A stretch of 64,000 nucleotides of DNA from Nitrospirales bacterium (GCA_965203295.1 CBDBCZ010000017.1:2144001-2208000); one strand, 5' to 3'. Shown: positions 1 through 12,514, counted from the stretch's first letter. The notes: generated from the letters alone by a model not told the origin. A program made the numbers and translations.

Positions 1-614
1 CGGCTGACGCTCGAAGACTTTGATCTCACTCACTCCGGTGTTGCTGAGCTTCTCACAGAGCCTGAGGTTGGAAACAGGTTGGCATGGCAATGTAAGCTTC
101 AGAACATATTTCTCCAACTTGTGAGGGGAAATCAAGGCTAGCAGTGGACGGCATGTGGTGTGTGGGGGGTTGAAAAATGTCCAAAGATGTAGTAATCTGT
201 AAAAGAATTTCGGTACCATGATTGGTTGTTTTTTATGGATTCCATCCCTACATGTTCTTTAAGTGTTTTTCCTTTAACCTATGTAGCTGTTTCTGTCCTT
301 TATCAATGGAAAGAAGAGTATGAATGGTTGTGCAAACGGTATTATTAGGTAATTGTGATTATTATGCTCTGGAGTTATGCATCAGTGAACTCTGTCAATT
401 TCCTATAGAGAACGTCGAACACACACACAGCAATCTCAATTCACATCACAACAGGGGGCTTACACACACGCTTGCCCCTAAAATTTTCAGCCTTCAATTA
501 CGGAGAAAATTGTTCGCCATGTCTTGTGGTCTTGTTAAATGGGCTGGCCGAATCTTAGCTAGTACTTTCCTATCTTGTTCACATTCAATTCTCAGTTTCT
601 ACAAAATTCAACTA

Positions 615-1807
615 CCATAGTGACCGGTTAATAAGCGCACACAGCTATTAGGCGCATGTTTTATAACAAGCGCATACTTCCTACGTATTAGTTAATTGCC
701 CTACTGAAAATATTTGACAAGATCCTACCAAAATCTTGAAGATAACCTTGCAAGAATCTCATGTGATTCTTGCATAGAATCTTTCAGATTCTTGCAAGGT
801 TTTGGAACACATCTTGAGAAGATCTTATCAGGATTCTTGGCATGGATTCTCAAGAATCGTGAAAGTTCCTTGGAAGAATCCTGCCAGATCATCCCAGAAA
901 CCACACAGAATCTTGGGAAACCCCAAAGAATCTTGGCAAGTCTTGCCATGAATCTTGCTAAATCCTCCCAGAAACTACAAAGGATCTTTGCAAGTCTTGC
1001 CATGAATCTTGCTAACTCCTCCCAGAAACTACAAAGGATCTTGGCATGCATCTCCCATGAATCTTGCTAAATCCTCCCAGAAACTACAAAGGATCTTGGC
1101 ATGCATCTCCCATGAATCTTGCTAAATCCTCCCAGAAACTACAAAGGATCTTGGCATGCATCTCCCATGAATCTTGCTAAATCCTCCCAGAAACTACAAA
1201 GGATCTTGGCATGCATCTCCCATGAATCTTAGTTAATCCTGCCAGGATTTTTGTTGAATCTTCCAAGAATCTTATCTTAATACATGTGGTGCATGCGCTT
1301 GTTACACGTGCTAAAATCGCCGAAAGGTCAGAGTCAGTACTGTTTTTGTGAGTGAGCTTGAGATCGAGATTGAGATGGCGCGGGCAGAAGCTCCTGTAAC
1401 CCAACCGTGCCTTAAAAAGTGTCAAATCTTACGCTACAGTTCTCGAGAGACGTGTCTACTTTTACCGCTCTAGGTTTCAAAAGGCACACAGCAAACCGAT
1501 TACGTTCACTCTCCTCCTCGCGTAAAAGTACCTTGCCAATAATAGGGGACCACCCTCTCTTATAGATATGGTGGCCGCGCACAACACTCTCGTGCAGGTA
1601 CACACCATCTTCATCTGTCAGACTCGTGCTCGCCTTTGCCAATATCCACACGGCGATACTAATTCCGATAACTCATACCGGGAACCGCGATTACCGCTAG
1701 CAAGCGCTTACGTAATTATCGTTAATAAGCGCATACCGGCTAATAAGCGCACAGTTTCTTACCGCTGTCTACGATAGGCGCATGCGCTTATTAACCAGTC
1801 ACTACGG
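615..1807. mobile_element. Non-autonomous TIR DNA transposon (TA target duplication, pogo/Tc1-mariner-like) carrying a HIRAN-like fragment
   Basis: TIRs CC(A/G)TAGTGACCGGTTAATAAGCGC / GCGCTTATTAACCAGTCACTACGG flanked by TA. Empty site aacTAgtcc in copy C (~44276). Minus ORF 1412-1651 (ESVVRGHHIYKRGWSPIIGKVL) resembles HIRAN-like domains. Confidence 0.85.
947..1220. repeat. 54-55 bp minisatellite, 5 units
   Basis: catgaatcttgctaaatcctcccagaaactacaaaggatcttggcatgcatctcc-type units start at 947, 1001, 1056, 1111, 1166. Confidence 0.9.
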
Positions 1808-2375
1808 TAGTCCATGCAATCACACGTGCTAATACTGTAGCATTCTCACACTTGTACCACAATGCCCTGTATTCACGTAGTGCATGCTACCACAACACTG
1901 ACTATTAGCTATCAGAGTCACGGGATGGTCAAAATTAGCCAGTGTTGGTGGATTTGTAGTACTGCTACCAAGGGAGGCTTGAGGTCTTGTAGTCAGTATA
2001 AAGCTATGAGCACTCGAAGGTAGCTGATTAAGAGCAATGTGGCAACACATACACACACTCGGTCCCTACATCCCTACATGTTCTTAAAGTGTTTTTCCTT
2101 TAACCTAGCTGTTTCTGTCCTTTATCAATGGAAAAAGGCAACACACACACACACACACACTCGGTTCCTTGCATGAAAATACAGCAGAGCACTCTGGATA
2201 CACTCTCCAGCATTTTATCACAACATGTGGTAGGCTATAAAAGGAGTTCAGGAAATAAGGCTATTCCTTTGATCTACTCTTGCAACGTACTGGCAACCTC
2301 ATTCCCAGGCCTTCCCCCTTGGGCTGCAAGACAAAAGCTAGGGCAGGAAGGAGTGGATCTGAGACTATAGGACCT

Positions 2376-2442
2376 TCCTTAAAAATGCAGCTCTTGTTCA
2401 AAACACTATGTGGGTGGACGCTACAATTAAGGTGCATGAATA
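2376..2442 (-). promoter_or_regulatory. snRNA-type promoter relic; downstream region interrupted by a decayed MITE
   Basis: Minus strand ATTCATGCACCTTAATT...ACCCACATAGTGTTTTGAACA...TTTTTAAGGAAG; no clear Sm site downstream. Also at ~21016 and ~44658. Confidence 0.5.
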
Positions 2443-5400
2443 CTATATACTAGAGCCTGGCGTAATTCCACTTGCAGCTGCTTTCCCCCTGATGGTAGAG
2501 TTGTTAATGTAGCTTGTAACTGTAGTTACCCGCATGCGTATGCAAGTAGGTTATTTAAGTAATTGCTCCTGTTCATCTGTTTGTCGTCAGTCCAGAGAGA
2601 AGAAAGAGAATTAAAGGATTTAAGACCTTTATAAGCAGCATAACAAAAAAGAGCAAAACAAAACAGCCATGATGTATGCGTACCTGATCAAAGCAGTTCT
2701 TTATGCTAGCATTTTCTATTCTTCATAACACTGGCCCTACCTCTTCACGATCACAGAGATGGGAAACTTAGAACTTTACAATTGGAGAGGCATGTATACT
2801 TGCTATTTATTTATTTGTAATACGTGGCTCCACCTTTTACGAGCACTTGTTTTTTTTTCTCGATAGGTGCTCATAGTCCATTTTAGTGATCCTCAATGTG
2901 ATAGTAACACACAGGGTAAGTACTTACTGTCTATATTACTTTAAGGTATTATGGCATTGGAGATTGTGTACAACAGTACTGTTCAGATCTGACAAATTCG
3001 AGGTCATCATGCGTTTACGAGATAAAACATGGTTTGCAGTTTAGTAATCCAGCAAAGGAAGTCAGCAAAAACTGTTGTTGTCCACATTAATAGCACGCTC
3101 ATGCATGCATTCAATATACATTAGAGCCCCCAGCAGGCCAACACTCATTGCAATCATATCAGTGAGGTGGCCAGAACCCCAATCATAGTGAACACAAAAC
3201 AGTGGGGCAACTCACTACCCTAACCACAGCCAAAATGCCACCAGAAGCCCCTGGACCTTCCTAACCTAGCTCACAATAGATACAATTGCAGGCATATTGT
3301 TTTCACCAATGACACTGTCTACACACCATCTACCTAGCTAGCTAGACCTATCATATGTTTGAGGGAGAGATTTTTTGTGGATCACAAGAATGCACATTCA
3401 AATGAAAAACTTGGTGGAAATATTTTTGCGATTCCGCTGCAGCAAGGCCATGCCTACTATCTTTGAGTTTAGGGAAGGAAAGGCGTCATGCTTAGCTGCC
3501 CTTTTACCAATTCCGGCAGTTTTTTTTCAAAGCGGTCATACGGCCTATGCTGAGCACTGTCCTACCTCCTTGTCTCCACTGCCAATGCCGCATGGCTTTT
3601 ACCGCTTTATGGGCGGCTGAAATGGCGGAAGCAGATACTACCACTAAACGTAGACCACTGGGCAAAGATAATGCTGACTACACGTGTGGAACATATCGGT
3701 ACAGTGCCATCACAGCACACTGAGACTAGCTTAGTACATGCCGAATGCTGATGATTTTAAATTTTCACAAACAATATTTTCGTGTACAGTTACAAAGCTG
3801 TGAAATTTACGAAACTACTCTCCCTCAAAGAAATCCCACTATACGGTAGCTAATATCTATTAGAGACAGCTAGACTTCAAGACAGCAGTCTTAGCTTTGT
3901 TCCCAGTCTCCACTGCTAGCTCTTTTTTAGTATGTTGGAAAGTAAGTAGCACATTATATGAAAATAAAGGTAGTGGAGCCTGGGCTGGGAGTGCTTGCAC
4001 TCTCATATGGACGCAGGTCTAGTATTTGTGGAGCCGCACAGTGGGAATGCGCAGCTTCGTTCCCCGGGCATATTTGGTTAGTAATACATAAAACTCATCA
4101 CAGTGCCTGGTGAGTAAAGTCACACGCACAGGACAAAGAGAAAGGAAGTAGAAAGGTATAGACTGGGGGTGAGCACAGCTGCAATTCTCAGATGAGTGAA
4201 GGTAGCAAATCCGTGGCTAATCTTCATAGCCCGTTTGTGTCACCGACTTATTGCTGAAACAGGGTCTCTGGTAGAATGTAGAGAAACACAGCCATCGTTT
4301 GATTAGTTCCTACACATAGAGATACCAGGCGCTACTAGTGAACCAGGACCAGGAAAAAGTTTGGATAGTGTAAGGTTAGGGTACAGAGCTGTTTCAGAGA
4401 CATTTCCAGAACTGTGTGATGACATGTTCTACATAACCCGAAATGGTGACAAAAAGTTAGTCTGGCCCTTAAGACTACGGCAGGGTGCTAATCCTTCATC
4501 AATCGAGCCCTTGTCTAGGCTCCACCCTTTATTGAACGGGAGGGGCTGAAACGATTTCTATGCACATAAGCCAAGTGACACTGTCCACACTACTCTATGG
4601 TATACAAACCACGTGGGATTGTGGGACTGGTATTTCACATCTGGAGATTACTTTTGGAAGTTTGAGCTAAAGGCTCTGATACTGTGCAGCGTGTGGGCGG
4701 TACTGATTCGTAAAGACTCCATGAGAGCCATTCCTAATCCCTTAAAAAGCGTAATAACAAGTCTGGCATTTCATGTCTAAAAACCAGCCAGGCATCTTTC
4801 CCGTACAATACACACTACTCAGCTCAGGCCCAAGCTAACTGCAGCTGTAGAACTACAAACTATACTACAATAGGCATTCTGCAGAAACTGATAAGCAATC
4901 GAACGCAGTACAGCAAAAGTGCTGACTCAGTAGTTTCGTTGTGTACTTCCAGTTAGTAGCTACATGCCACGAAAACAGGATCTTTATGGCTGCCTACCAA
5001 GTTTTTGTCCTCTGGACAACACACAACCACCTTTATTTGCTGTAGCTTGGCCTGCAAACCTATAAAAGCTGCTATATAATGCAGTTGCATAGAAATGTAT
5101 GACGTAACATATTGCACACGTGATAAGTGTGGACGCACAAACAGACAAACCAACACGGAAAACGTAAAGCAATCTTAGGACCAGCTGTTTGCAGGCTGCG
5201 TGCACTCCGGCTGGTAAAAAATTTATAAGCTTTGGGTGGGGAGGGAGGGAGAATAACACTTCAGCCGAACTAATGCTAAAGTGCTTCCGGTGCCCCTGCC
5301 CAGATGTAGAGAGTGCAGTATAATTGAATGAAAGCATAATCAAAATTAATATCTTAGGAGCTAAGCTTTCTTAGTTACAGAGCTTCACTTAAAGTATTAT

Positions 5401-6165
5401 GCTAATTAAAAAGCTTAATACGTATCCCATAGTGTGCATGCACATTATGTACCACCAAGTGGGGGTATCAAAGGAACGACCATATGCTCATATTCAGTGA
5501 GATTGTCATGTGTTGTACAATTTCAGCAATATTGAATGCTGCACTGCCCAAAAAAGTATTTTACAAAGCCAAAGTAGAGAATTTACAAAGCAGAAGTAAA
5601 TAGTACACAAAGCCTAATTAATTAAACGGTGTAATGGGCTCAGTTTGGCAGTAAAAAAACAAAGCTATCAAAACTACTACATACCCAGAAGTATTCCAGC
5701 AAGGCTTGAAGGGCTACTTAGCAGTCAAATTAGCCTGAGACTAGCACTTTGGCACAAAACGATGGGATGGCAATGTGGCTACATATATACACACAGAGAT
5801 ACAATGAAACTAGGCATAGACGCTGAGATGAAGAGTAGTTTACTACATCGATTTGCGAGCAAGTAAATGCAACATATCCTTCATAAGTTACGTATGTGAA
5901 GCAGAGTGAGGTCAGTACTTGGGCTCAGGATCTCAGACAGCATTCGGTACACCAACCACGCTACATACATGTACACACTTGTGCTCCAAATATCTGACAA
6001 CTGCTATGCACATGGTTTATGGGAGTATACCCTTCGAGCCTGCGGCCCTCGCGGCGTATTCCCAAAAATCCTCCTCCACAGCAGGTGGTATATCACTGAT
6101 ATACACCTCCTGAACACGATTTTTTGTAATCTTTGGAGCCAACAAAGCCTTCTCATTAGGGTCCA

Positions 6166-6221
6166 GTAGGCCGCTTTCCAACAATTGTGACAATGTTAGT
6201 ATAATACACTTCAAAACAACA
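6166..6221 (-). ncRNA. Putative Sm-class small RNA, cassette L2 (variant site AATTGTTGG; hairpin partly deleted in copy A)
   Basis: TTTATAAGGAG at 6241-6251, PSE-like box upstream, AATTGTTGG at 6178-6186. Copies B/C keep the GGCC hairpin but lack the 5' part and promoter. Ends are predicted. Confidence 0.4.
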
Positions 6222-7034
6222 ACTGTTGACGTGCAGCACCCTCCTTATAAAGGCAGCGCTGCTCAAAACACTTGTTTTGTTTTTTTTTAAATCCCATGTA
6301 CGATGCATGAACACTATTATTCTGCAGGCTCCTATGGCTACATACTGCCCTTCTCTTTCGCTGACAGTCCCTCTCCCATTGGGTGCCACGCCTCCCTCTC
6401 CTCTGGGGTACCTACTGCCCCCCTCTCTCATCCACCATTTTAGTACAGCAATGAGTGACCCACTACTAGCATCAGTGTGCATTATAATTTTGAAAACTGA
6501 TCTGACATGATGTCAGATCAACCCAGGTTATGGTCGGACATGGTCTGACATTTAAATTACAGAGCAATTTCAAATTTACCAGTGTTATGTAAATCACTCA
6601 TGGCATGAAAGTTTGACTATAAGATAGAATACTACGAGCGTTAGGTGAGTAGCTTGTGATCGGCAAGTTGGGCAGTAGAGCCTGGGAACGAGGCTAGGTA
6701 GCATGGTCAATGATGTTACTCGTTTTCTGGTTGCTGGAGCCAGTTGTCCATGCCCTGGAGAAGTTCCTCATTCCCACAATACAACTCTCGTGCTTCACAC
6801 AAGTCTCACACCGCAACACAGCCACGAGCGTTTTGGCCACTTATATTGGTCTACTTCAAACCACATCGGGTAATAATCTAGCCAATGTGATCTACGAGAT
6901 TTAGCATCCTATGAGACCTTATTAGTGTCCACCACTAAACTCCAGAAAGTAAATTGACTTATGAAACCAGTTAGCTGGTATTAAACCCACAAGTACCTTG
7001 CTTACTGTGGGCAAGGCACTTGTGGGTTTAATAC

Positions 7035-7479
7035 TAATTGGGCGAGCGTGAGCGAGCCCCACACTAGTGTGTTCAATAGAGAATTTGTCTGTGTGTACGG
7101 TGTACGTACGTACGCACATACCGCATATCCTTTCGCGTTTCAATATAACGTTTCAACAAATAGTTTCCGTAATATTCCAAATTGTTCACGTGGCCACGGT
7201 GGCTGCAGTGCAGCTAGCATAGGGATGCTCTCACAGAGTAGACGGCAGCGGCAAAGGCTACAGCGTTGCCGTATATATCCCCAGGTTGGCGATAAGTCAC
7301 ATTGGAACAGCAGAGAGTGAGTTCTAGAGCCAGAAGAGTTGTCATTTCTCCAGGCCACCGACAGTGACACTGAGACGAGAGAAGGAGCCAAAAGAGCTGC
7401 TGAGGGCGCGTCGCCGCTAATGTACGCATGGGCTAATACCTCGCTCACGCTCGCCCCACAATGCTTTGCATTCACCTAG
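7035..7479 (+). mobile_element. Helitron/Helentron-like non-autonomous insertion, copy A only
   Basis: Subterminal inverted repeats gggcgagcgtgagcgag (7040-7056) / ctcgctcacgctcgccc (7440-7456), small hairpin aatgc-ttt-gcatt, CTAG end. Absent at ~25570 and ~49000. Confidence 0.7.
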
Positions 7480-7614
7480 TACATACATTAATTCACCCAG
7501 AATGCAATTACTATGGTTACAGCTCACTCTCAGGGCACCAGATGTAGAAAGTGTATGCTGGCCCAATATCTTAAGAAGATAGGTTAGTTAGTACACACCT
7601 AGCCCGACATAATA

Positions 7615-8147
7615 CCGCATAGAGCGTAAATTTAGTGGGTCTCTAATTTCACGAATTTCGGGAATTTTGAACGATTCGCAAAAATTATTTCAACAAAATT
7701 TTTTATACTTCCGCTAGTATGCATAGATAGATAGTAGAGTGCATGTGCCAATGTTTTTGGTATTCCAAGAGCGTGGATGGGCAGTAGTATCCGGGGTCCA
7801 AGTTGCCAGAGCGCTCTCCAAACAAATGCCCTCATCCGCGATTTCTGCGGCAAACAGCGAAGTCGCTGTACTTCAGCTATCTGCCTGCGCGAAGGTCAGG
7901 AGAGCATACCTGAAAACGAGCGCAAAGAAGGCTGAAATTGGAAACGAGCGGCGGAGCGTGGAGTGCTAGCCACCATTCACTACTTAAGCTTCCTATAAAT
8001 CTGTGCACATAGTCACTTAGGCACGCTCTGCCAATAAATTCATTAGTACATGGGTGTGGCGAACGAACTCGTGAAATTATTTTAACGAAATGTTCAAAAA
8101 CGGCTATTCGCGAATTTTTAGACCCACCAAATTTAAGTGCTATACAG
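7615..8147. mobile_element. MITE with TA flanks
   Basis: Imperfect TIRs ccgcatagagcgtaaatttagtgggtc / gacccaccaaatttaagtgctatacag. Also 49142-49675, and split by an insertion in copy B (25710...28303). A diverged relative lies at 16000-16399. Confidence 0.75.
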
Positions 8148-9305
8148 TAGAGTATGACAAGAATTTGGCTACCAATATTAACGTAAACTACCAAACTATC
8201 ATTTGTCTATATTGCTACACAATCTGAAAGCGTAAATTTAGGAAGATCCCAATTTTGTGGGTGGTATTGTCACAGTGAGCTCTTACTGTCACCATTTGAT
8301 GGGCCTTCCCCATGCAGTTTACAATAATATGACAAGGATAGGATAGTATAGCGACTCAGCTTAAAGGTGTAATGTCAGAGCTGACATTGACCATTTCCAC
8401 TGAAGAGTAGCCAGGTGGGGGTGGAACACACCTCAACCTAAAGGCTCTATGTACGGGCACTCTGAAATGAATATGGGTCTCTCCTATAAAGAAGGCATAA
8501 TTAAACTAATTATAAGTTTCATAAGAAACAATGCCCCCCCCTTCCGAGAAAAGTAAAGCAAGGCCCCAACAGCCAGACAACCAGTACACACTGTGTGATG
8601 GGTGGGGTATGTGTTGCTCCAGCAGGCTGTTGCTGGAGGAGGAGGAGGAGGAGGAGGAGGAGGAGGGGCCACTGACGCCTCAGACCTCTCCTGGCATATT
8701 GTTATAATATCTGATTCAGGACAGCTGCAGTCAGCAGAGCTATAGAGTAAAACTCCTCCAAATCAGGAGTCCCGGGCTCGGACAGGACTGATGTACTCAT
8801 ACTGCTAGTGCTAGGGGATGTTTCGATATCTCAGCAAGTCACAATAGCCTGCAGATGATCAATATAGTCACTGATACATCACGGGTACTGACACCACTGG
8901 TTAATTTCTACCAAAGGGTGCACTTTGAGTACCAAATTGAGTATATATAGTAACCAAACTCTCTCAGTCTCTACAAAACGTAGCTAGCTCGTGCAATCTC
9001 ACTTGCTAGCTCCAATCAAGCTTGCTCATGCTCTCCCCACAATGCCCTGCATTCACCTAGTACACACCGCCAAGGTTAGATAACATCACAATTAGAGTCA
9101 ATGGTATTAGGGGATTGGATCTGTCTTTAGCACAATGATATAAAACATGGAGCTTTTACCAAGGGTGGCTTGCTGCACTCCAAGGCTGTTGTTTGTAAAG
9201 CTATGAGCATTTGAAAACAGCTGATGTAGTAATATACACACCTTGAAGCACAGTGTGCTCCTGTGGCCTACACTGGAACAGTACATTCGTATTGCAGTGA
9301 GCTAT

Positions 9306-9361
9306 AAGCCCTTTAATTAGGCCTCCCAAAAATTGTAGTAACCAAAAGATTAAACATGAGC
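9306..9361 (-). ncRNA. Putative Sm-class small RNA, cassette L3 copy A
   Basis: Minus: GCTCATGTTTAATCTTTTGGTTACTAC-AATTTTTGG-G-AGGCC-TAATTAAAG-GGCTT; TATA at 9385-9391. Ends are predicted. Confidence 0.6.
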
Positions 9362-9380
9362 ACATAACTGTGTGCAGCTC

Positions 9381-9451
9381 CTCCTTATAAAGGCAGCATT
9401 GCTTAAACCACTCGTGGCTTTGTCAGTAATTAGTAATTAAGGTGCATGAAT
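9381..9451 (-). promoter_or_regulatory. snRNA-type promoter of L3 (ATTCATGCA + PSE-like + TATA)
   Basis: Minus: ATTCATGCACCTTAATT...AAAGCCACGAGTGGTTTAAGCAATGCTGCC-TTTATAAGGAG. Confidence 0.6.
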
Positions 9452-9763
9452 AATGTTATACCTGTCAAGGCTAATATTAAGCAGATTCTTCCTCTACGTC
9501 AAGCGTGCTACTGCAACAGTGAGGTGCTTGGCAGCACACCTCATTACATGGATTTAGTTGTGCTGGCCGACCAACATAAACTTTGGTCTCTATTTTTGAT
9601 TATAGTGATAGCCCAAAGGTTTTATGACATCTGCAAGATACCAAACTTGAAAAATCGCCTAAATCAGCATCTTTATTCTGAGAGTTAGTTTAAAAAATGG
9701 ACAAGCAAGGTAACATGTACCTTAAAATGTTCCCCTCTAATCAATGATGAGTCACTCCAGGTC

Positions 9764-9793
9764 TCAGTTCTCACTCACTCCTGGCTTTAGGTC
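9764..9793 (-). pseudogene. Tiny decayed p38-like MAPK exon start
   Basis: ccttag|GAC CTA AAG CCA GGA GTG AGT GAG AAC = DLKP--GVSEN; homologous to 15041-15116. Confidence 0.5.
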
Positions 9794-9865
9794 CTAAGGC
9801 GGAAAAGGGGGGGTGACCAGATCATTTGGGAGCATTTAATTACTGAATCTTTGCAATGGAGAGAA

Positions 9866-9905
9866 TCTATAAAGGTAGTACTGCTCAAAAACACTTGTGG
9901 GCTTT
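9866..9905 (-). promoter_or_regulatory. Orphan PSE-like + TATA promoter relic
   Basis: Minus: AAGCCCACAAGTGTTTTTGAGCAGTACTACC-TTTATAGA; no Sm module downstream. Confidence 0.5.
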
Positions 9906-10197
9906 AGAAAGCCTCCTAATCAAGATGTATAAATACCCTTGCATCTATCCCGTATGAAGGCGGCAACACTGGTCAATCTAATGTGAATTTCCAAATGTTT
10001 CCACATTGCACATGTGCTATTGGATTCTGTTATCCACTTCTAGCAGGTAATTTAGACATTAAAGAGCGAAAAAGCTCAATTTTTGACTGGATAGATAGCC
10101 CCCCCCCCCCGCCTAATTATGCAGGCAACTAAAAATACAGCACTGTGTACTCCACACTGCAACAGTACAGTCACCTTTCAATCTCATTAACAGTTGT

Positions 10198-10248
10198 AGG
10201 CCCTTTAATTAGGCCTTCCAAAAATTGTATATCCCACACAACAAAGAA
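10198..10248 (-). ncRNA. Putative Sm-class small RNA, cassette L5 copy A
   Basis: Minus: TTCTTTGTTGTGTGGGATATAC-AATTTTTGG-A-AGGCC-TAATTAAAG-GGCCT. PSE-like CCCCACAAGTGTTTTGAGCA at ~10287-10306; TATA is degenerate. Ends are predicted. Confidence 0.55.
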
Positions 10249-10394
10249 CATTGTTACATGCAACTCCCATCTAATACAAGCAGCATTGCTCAAAACACTT
10301 GTGGGGCTGTCAATAGTTAGCAATTAAGTTGCATGAATACAGTTATATCTGCCAATAAGCCTGGAGTGCATCATTGTTCAGTCAAGTGTAGTAG

Positions 10395-11641
10395 TCAACC
10401 CTCGGCGCGTGAGCGCGTGTGAGGGGTAATTACGGTAGTCGTTGTGCGTGTCTGTTTCAACTGACTTTGTCCCACCGAAATGTGAAGAACACGTTGTCCA
10501 GTTGAAGGTGCTGAATTTAGGCAATCGATATTGTCTTGAGGATAGATGTGCGATTTTGTACAACAAGCTGCAGTTGCTTAGATACAGCAACACTTGCGTT
10601 CTTGCTGCTACGAGCGGCCAGCCATTTAATAACACGTTACTGTAAGTAATTAAGGCCACGCCATATTGTGTGCTATTTAGATATCTACACATTCCCCACG
10701 CGGTGGATTTCGGTTTGAATCTCTGTGAATCATGTTCTGCGATTGTCTTGCACTTGAAGTGCCGTGAGCTATTGATACTTTGGTCATTGTATTTTACATG
10801 GTATAATGCCGCAAAAGTCTGCCCAAAGTGTCTTGCTGCTATTCACATCAGAAAAGTATGTTGTGATTGTGGACATGTGCTTGTACTGAGACGAACAACT
10901 CAATTTAGCAAAAGTAGAAAGCTTGAAAAACGAGCAGACTTGAGAGCCTTAGAAGCAGAAATTCATGCATTAAACTGCAGGAAGCACGTTAAAGAGCAAA
11001 AACTGGTGAAGAGAAAGCTAAGCGTAAGAGGGCAATTGAACCTTCTGAAGAGAAAGCCAAACGTAGAAAAGATGACATAGAGTCTAAAGTAGCTAAAAGG
11101 GGCAATGAAACTAAAATGACCAAAGTATCAATAACTCACGGCACTTAATGCAACAGAACCTGATTCAAAAAGATTTAAACCAAGCTTCATCAAATCCACC
11201 GCGTAGGGAATGTTCATTAACTCTCAAGTAAAGCGCCGAGGGTTCTGAATAGCCTCGTTCCCAGGCCCGCGACTTTTTTGGTTGCACGAAGGAAAGTCAC
11301 AGGGCCTGGTAACTAAAGTCACGTGATCAACTTACGTCATAATCCACTTCGAAAGACGGCTGCGTTTCTCTACATTTAACCGGAGACTTTTTCAGCGGTA
11401 AGTCTATGGCACAAACGGGCTATAAAGAAAGGCTACAAGAAGTGTAGAGTCGCTACCTTCGCTCGTTGTCTGAGAATTGCACGCGTACTCGCCCACGCTC
11501 ATAATTACCTTTCTACTACCTTTCTACTCTTTGCCTCGCGCACGTGACTTTAGATCCCAGGCCCTGTGATATCTTTCGTGTAACCGAAAATGGTGCGGGC
11601 CTGGGAACGAGGCTAGGTTCTGAACACACAGTGTTCTTGTT
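10395..11641 (+). mobile_element. Helentron/Helitron2-like non-autonomous element with a nested MITE; truncated in copies B and C
   Basis: Subterminal inverted repeats aaccctcggcgc (10397-10408) / gcgccgagggtt (11233-11244) and 3' hairpin gaacac-aca-gtgttc (11622-11636). Confidence 0.65.
11250..11615. mobile_element. MITE with 9-bp TSD (Mutator-like size)
   Basis: TIR TAGCCTCGTTCCCAGGCCCGC; direct repeat ggttctgaa at 11241-11249 and 11616-11624. Confidence 0.9.
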
Positions 11642-11777
11642 TTCTTCTCTGGCTGATGGTACATACTATCAACACTTTAAACAAATTTCTACTATTTTCA
11701 TTAATAAACTATGTGTTTTGATATGTACACTGCAAACCTCTGTGAGATGATAAGCTTTCTGAGAGTAACGAAATCTC

Positions 11778-11835
11778 AAAAAATCGGGACCCAGGTGGGG
11801 ATTGAACCCAGGACCTTCTGATACTAGTCAGATGT
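11778..11835 (-). mobile_element. Truncated tRNA-derived (SINE-like) fragment
   Basis: B-box/T-arm CTGGGTTCAATCCCCAC followed by a T run; the 5' half of a tRNA is missing. Confidence 0.5.
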
Positions 11836-12279
11836 ACGCCAACCAATTAACAATGTTAATATGCACTTCCTGAATGTCCAAATTCTTTCCAGCCATCCTG
11901 AAAACCATATGCACACCCAGACTGTGATAGCCACAAAACACACTGCAGAGATTGCTGTATTAATTAATTAACAGATCATCAAGTGAGATGCCACTAGTAT
12001 GGTTTCCAGGACATTTTAATTAGTTATTTGAACTGTGAACTATTTTAGTGTGAGCAGACAGTTATTAGCCATTACACATGTGCAAGGCACCAATTGCACG
12101 ATTGCGCAATCTCAAACATGTCAGTTGCAGTGATTGAACGACTATGGACTAAGTCAACCCACCCTCCCGAAACCCTTGATTCATGCACATATATTTTGTC
12201 TGTTCACGACAAAGTAAACATGTTACCTTGGCGATGGGGCAAGCCTACTATATACCTCACCTGCTCTCTGAGCAACCAG

Positions 12280-12514
12280 AGGCTCCTTGAGCCTCCAGCC
12301 TCTCAACCCACTCACAAGGCTCCTTGAGCCTCCAGCCTCTCAACCTACTCACAAGGCTCCTTGAGCCTCCAGCCTCTCAACCTAATCACAAGGCTCCTTG
12401 AGCCTCCAGCCTCTCAACCTACTCACAAGGCTCCTTGAGCCTCCAGCCTCTCAACCTACTCACAAGGCTCCTTGAGCCTCCAGCCTCTCAACCTACTCAT
12501 AAGGCTCCTTGAGC
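12280..12514. repeat. 37-bp minisatellite, ~6.4 units (copy A only)
   Basis: aggctccttgagcctccagcctctcaacctactcaca repeated contiguously with no unique spacers. Confidence 0.9.

Noticed and set aside
714..1425. Repetitive ORFs (RILASLAMNLAKSSQKLQ...)
   Set aside because: Translations of the 55-bp minisatellite inside a non-autonomous transposon.
5520..5560. Minus-strand ACTTTTTTTGGG followed by a CAGCA/TGCTG hairpin as another cassette
   Set aside because: No TATA or PSE-like box at the expected distance upstream.
4953..6169. Short ORFs recurring in all three copies (e.g. 4984, 5645, 5906)
   Set aside because: Recurrence is explained by recent duplication; no recognisable domains and mostly non-ATG starts.
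9306..9361. Calling the cassettes U7 snRNA or spliced-leader RNA
   Set aside because: The Sm site is the canonical type, not the U7 AAUUUGUCUAG type; the 5' arms share no common sequence and no conserved GU donor. Not excluded without an Rfam and mRNA 5'-end search.
11778..11835. Functional tRNA gene
   Set aside because: Only the anticodon/T-arm half is present; no A-box or complete acceptor stem.
12280..12514. 37-bp repeats as a CRISPR array
   Set aside because: Units are contiguous with no unique spacers, there are no cas genes and the context is eukaryotic: a minisatellite.
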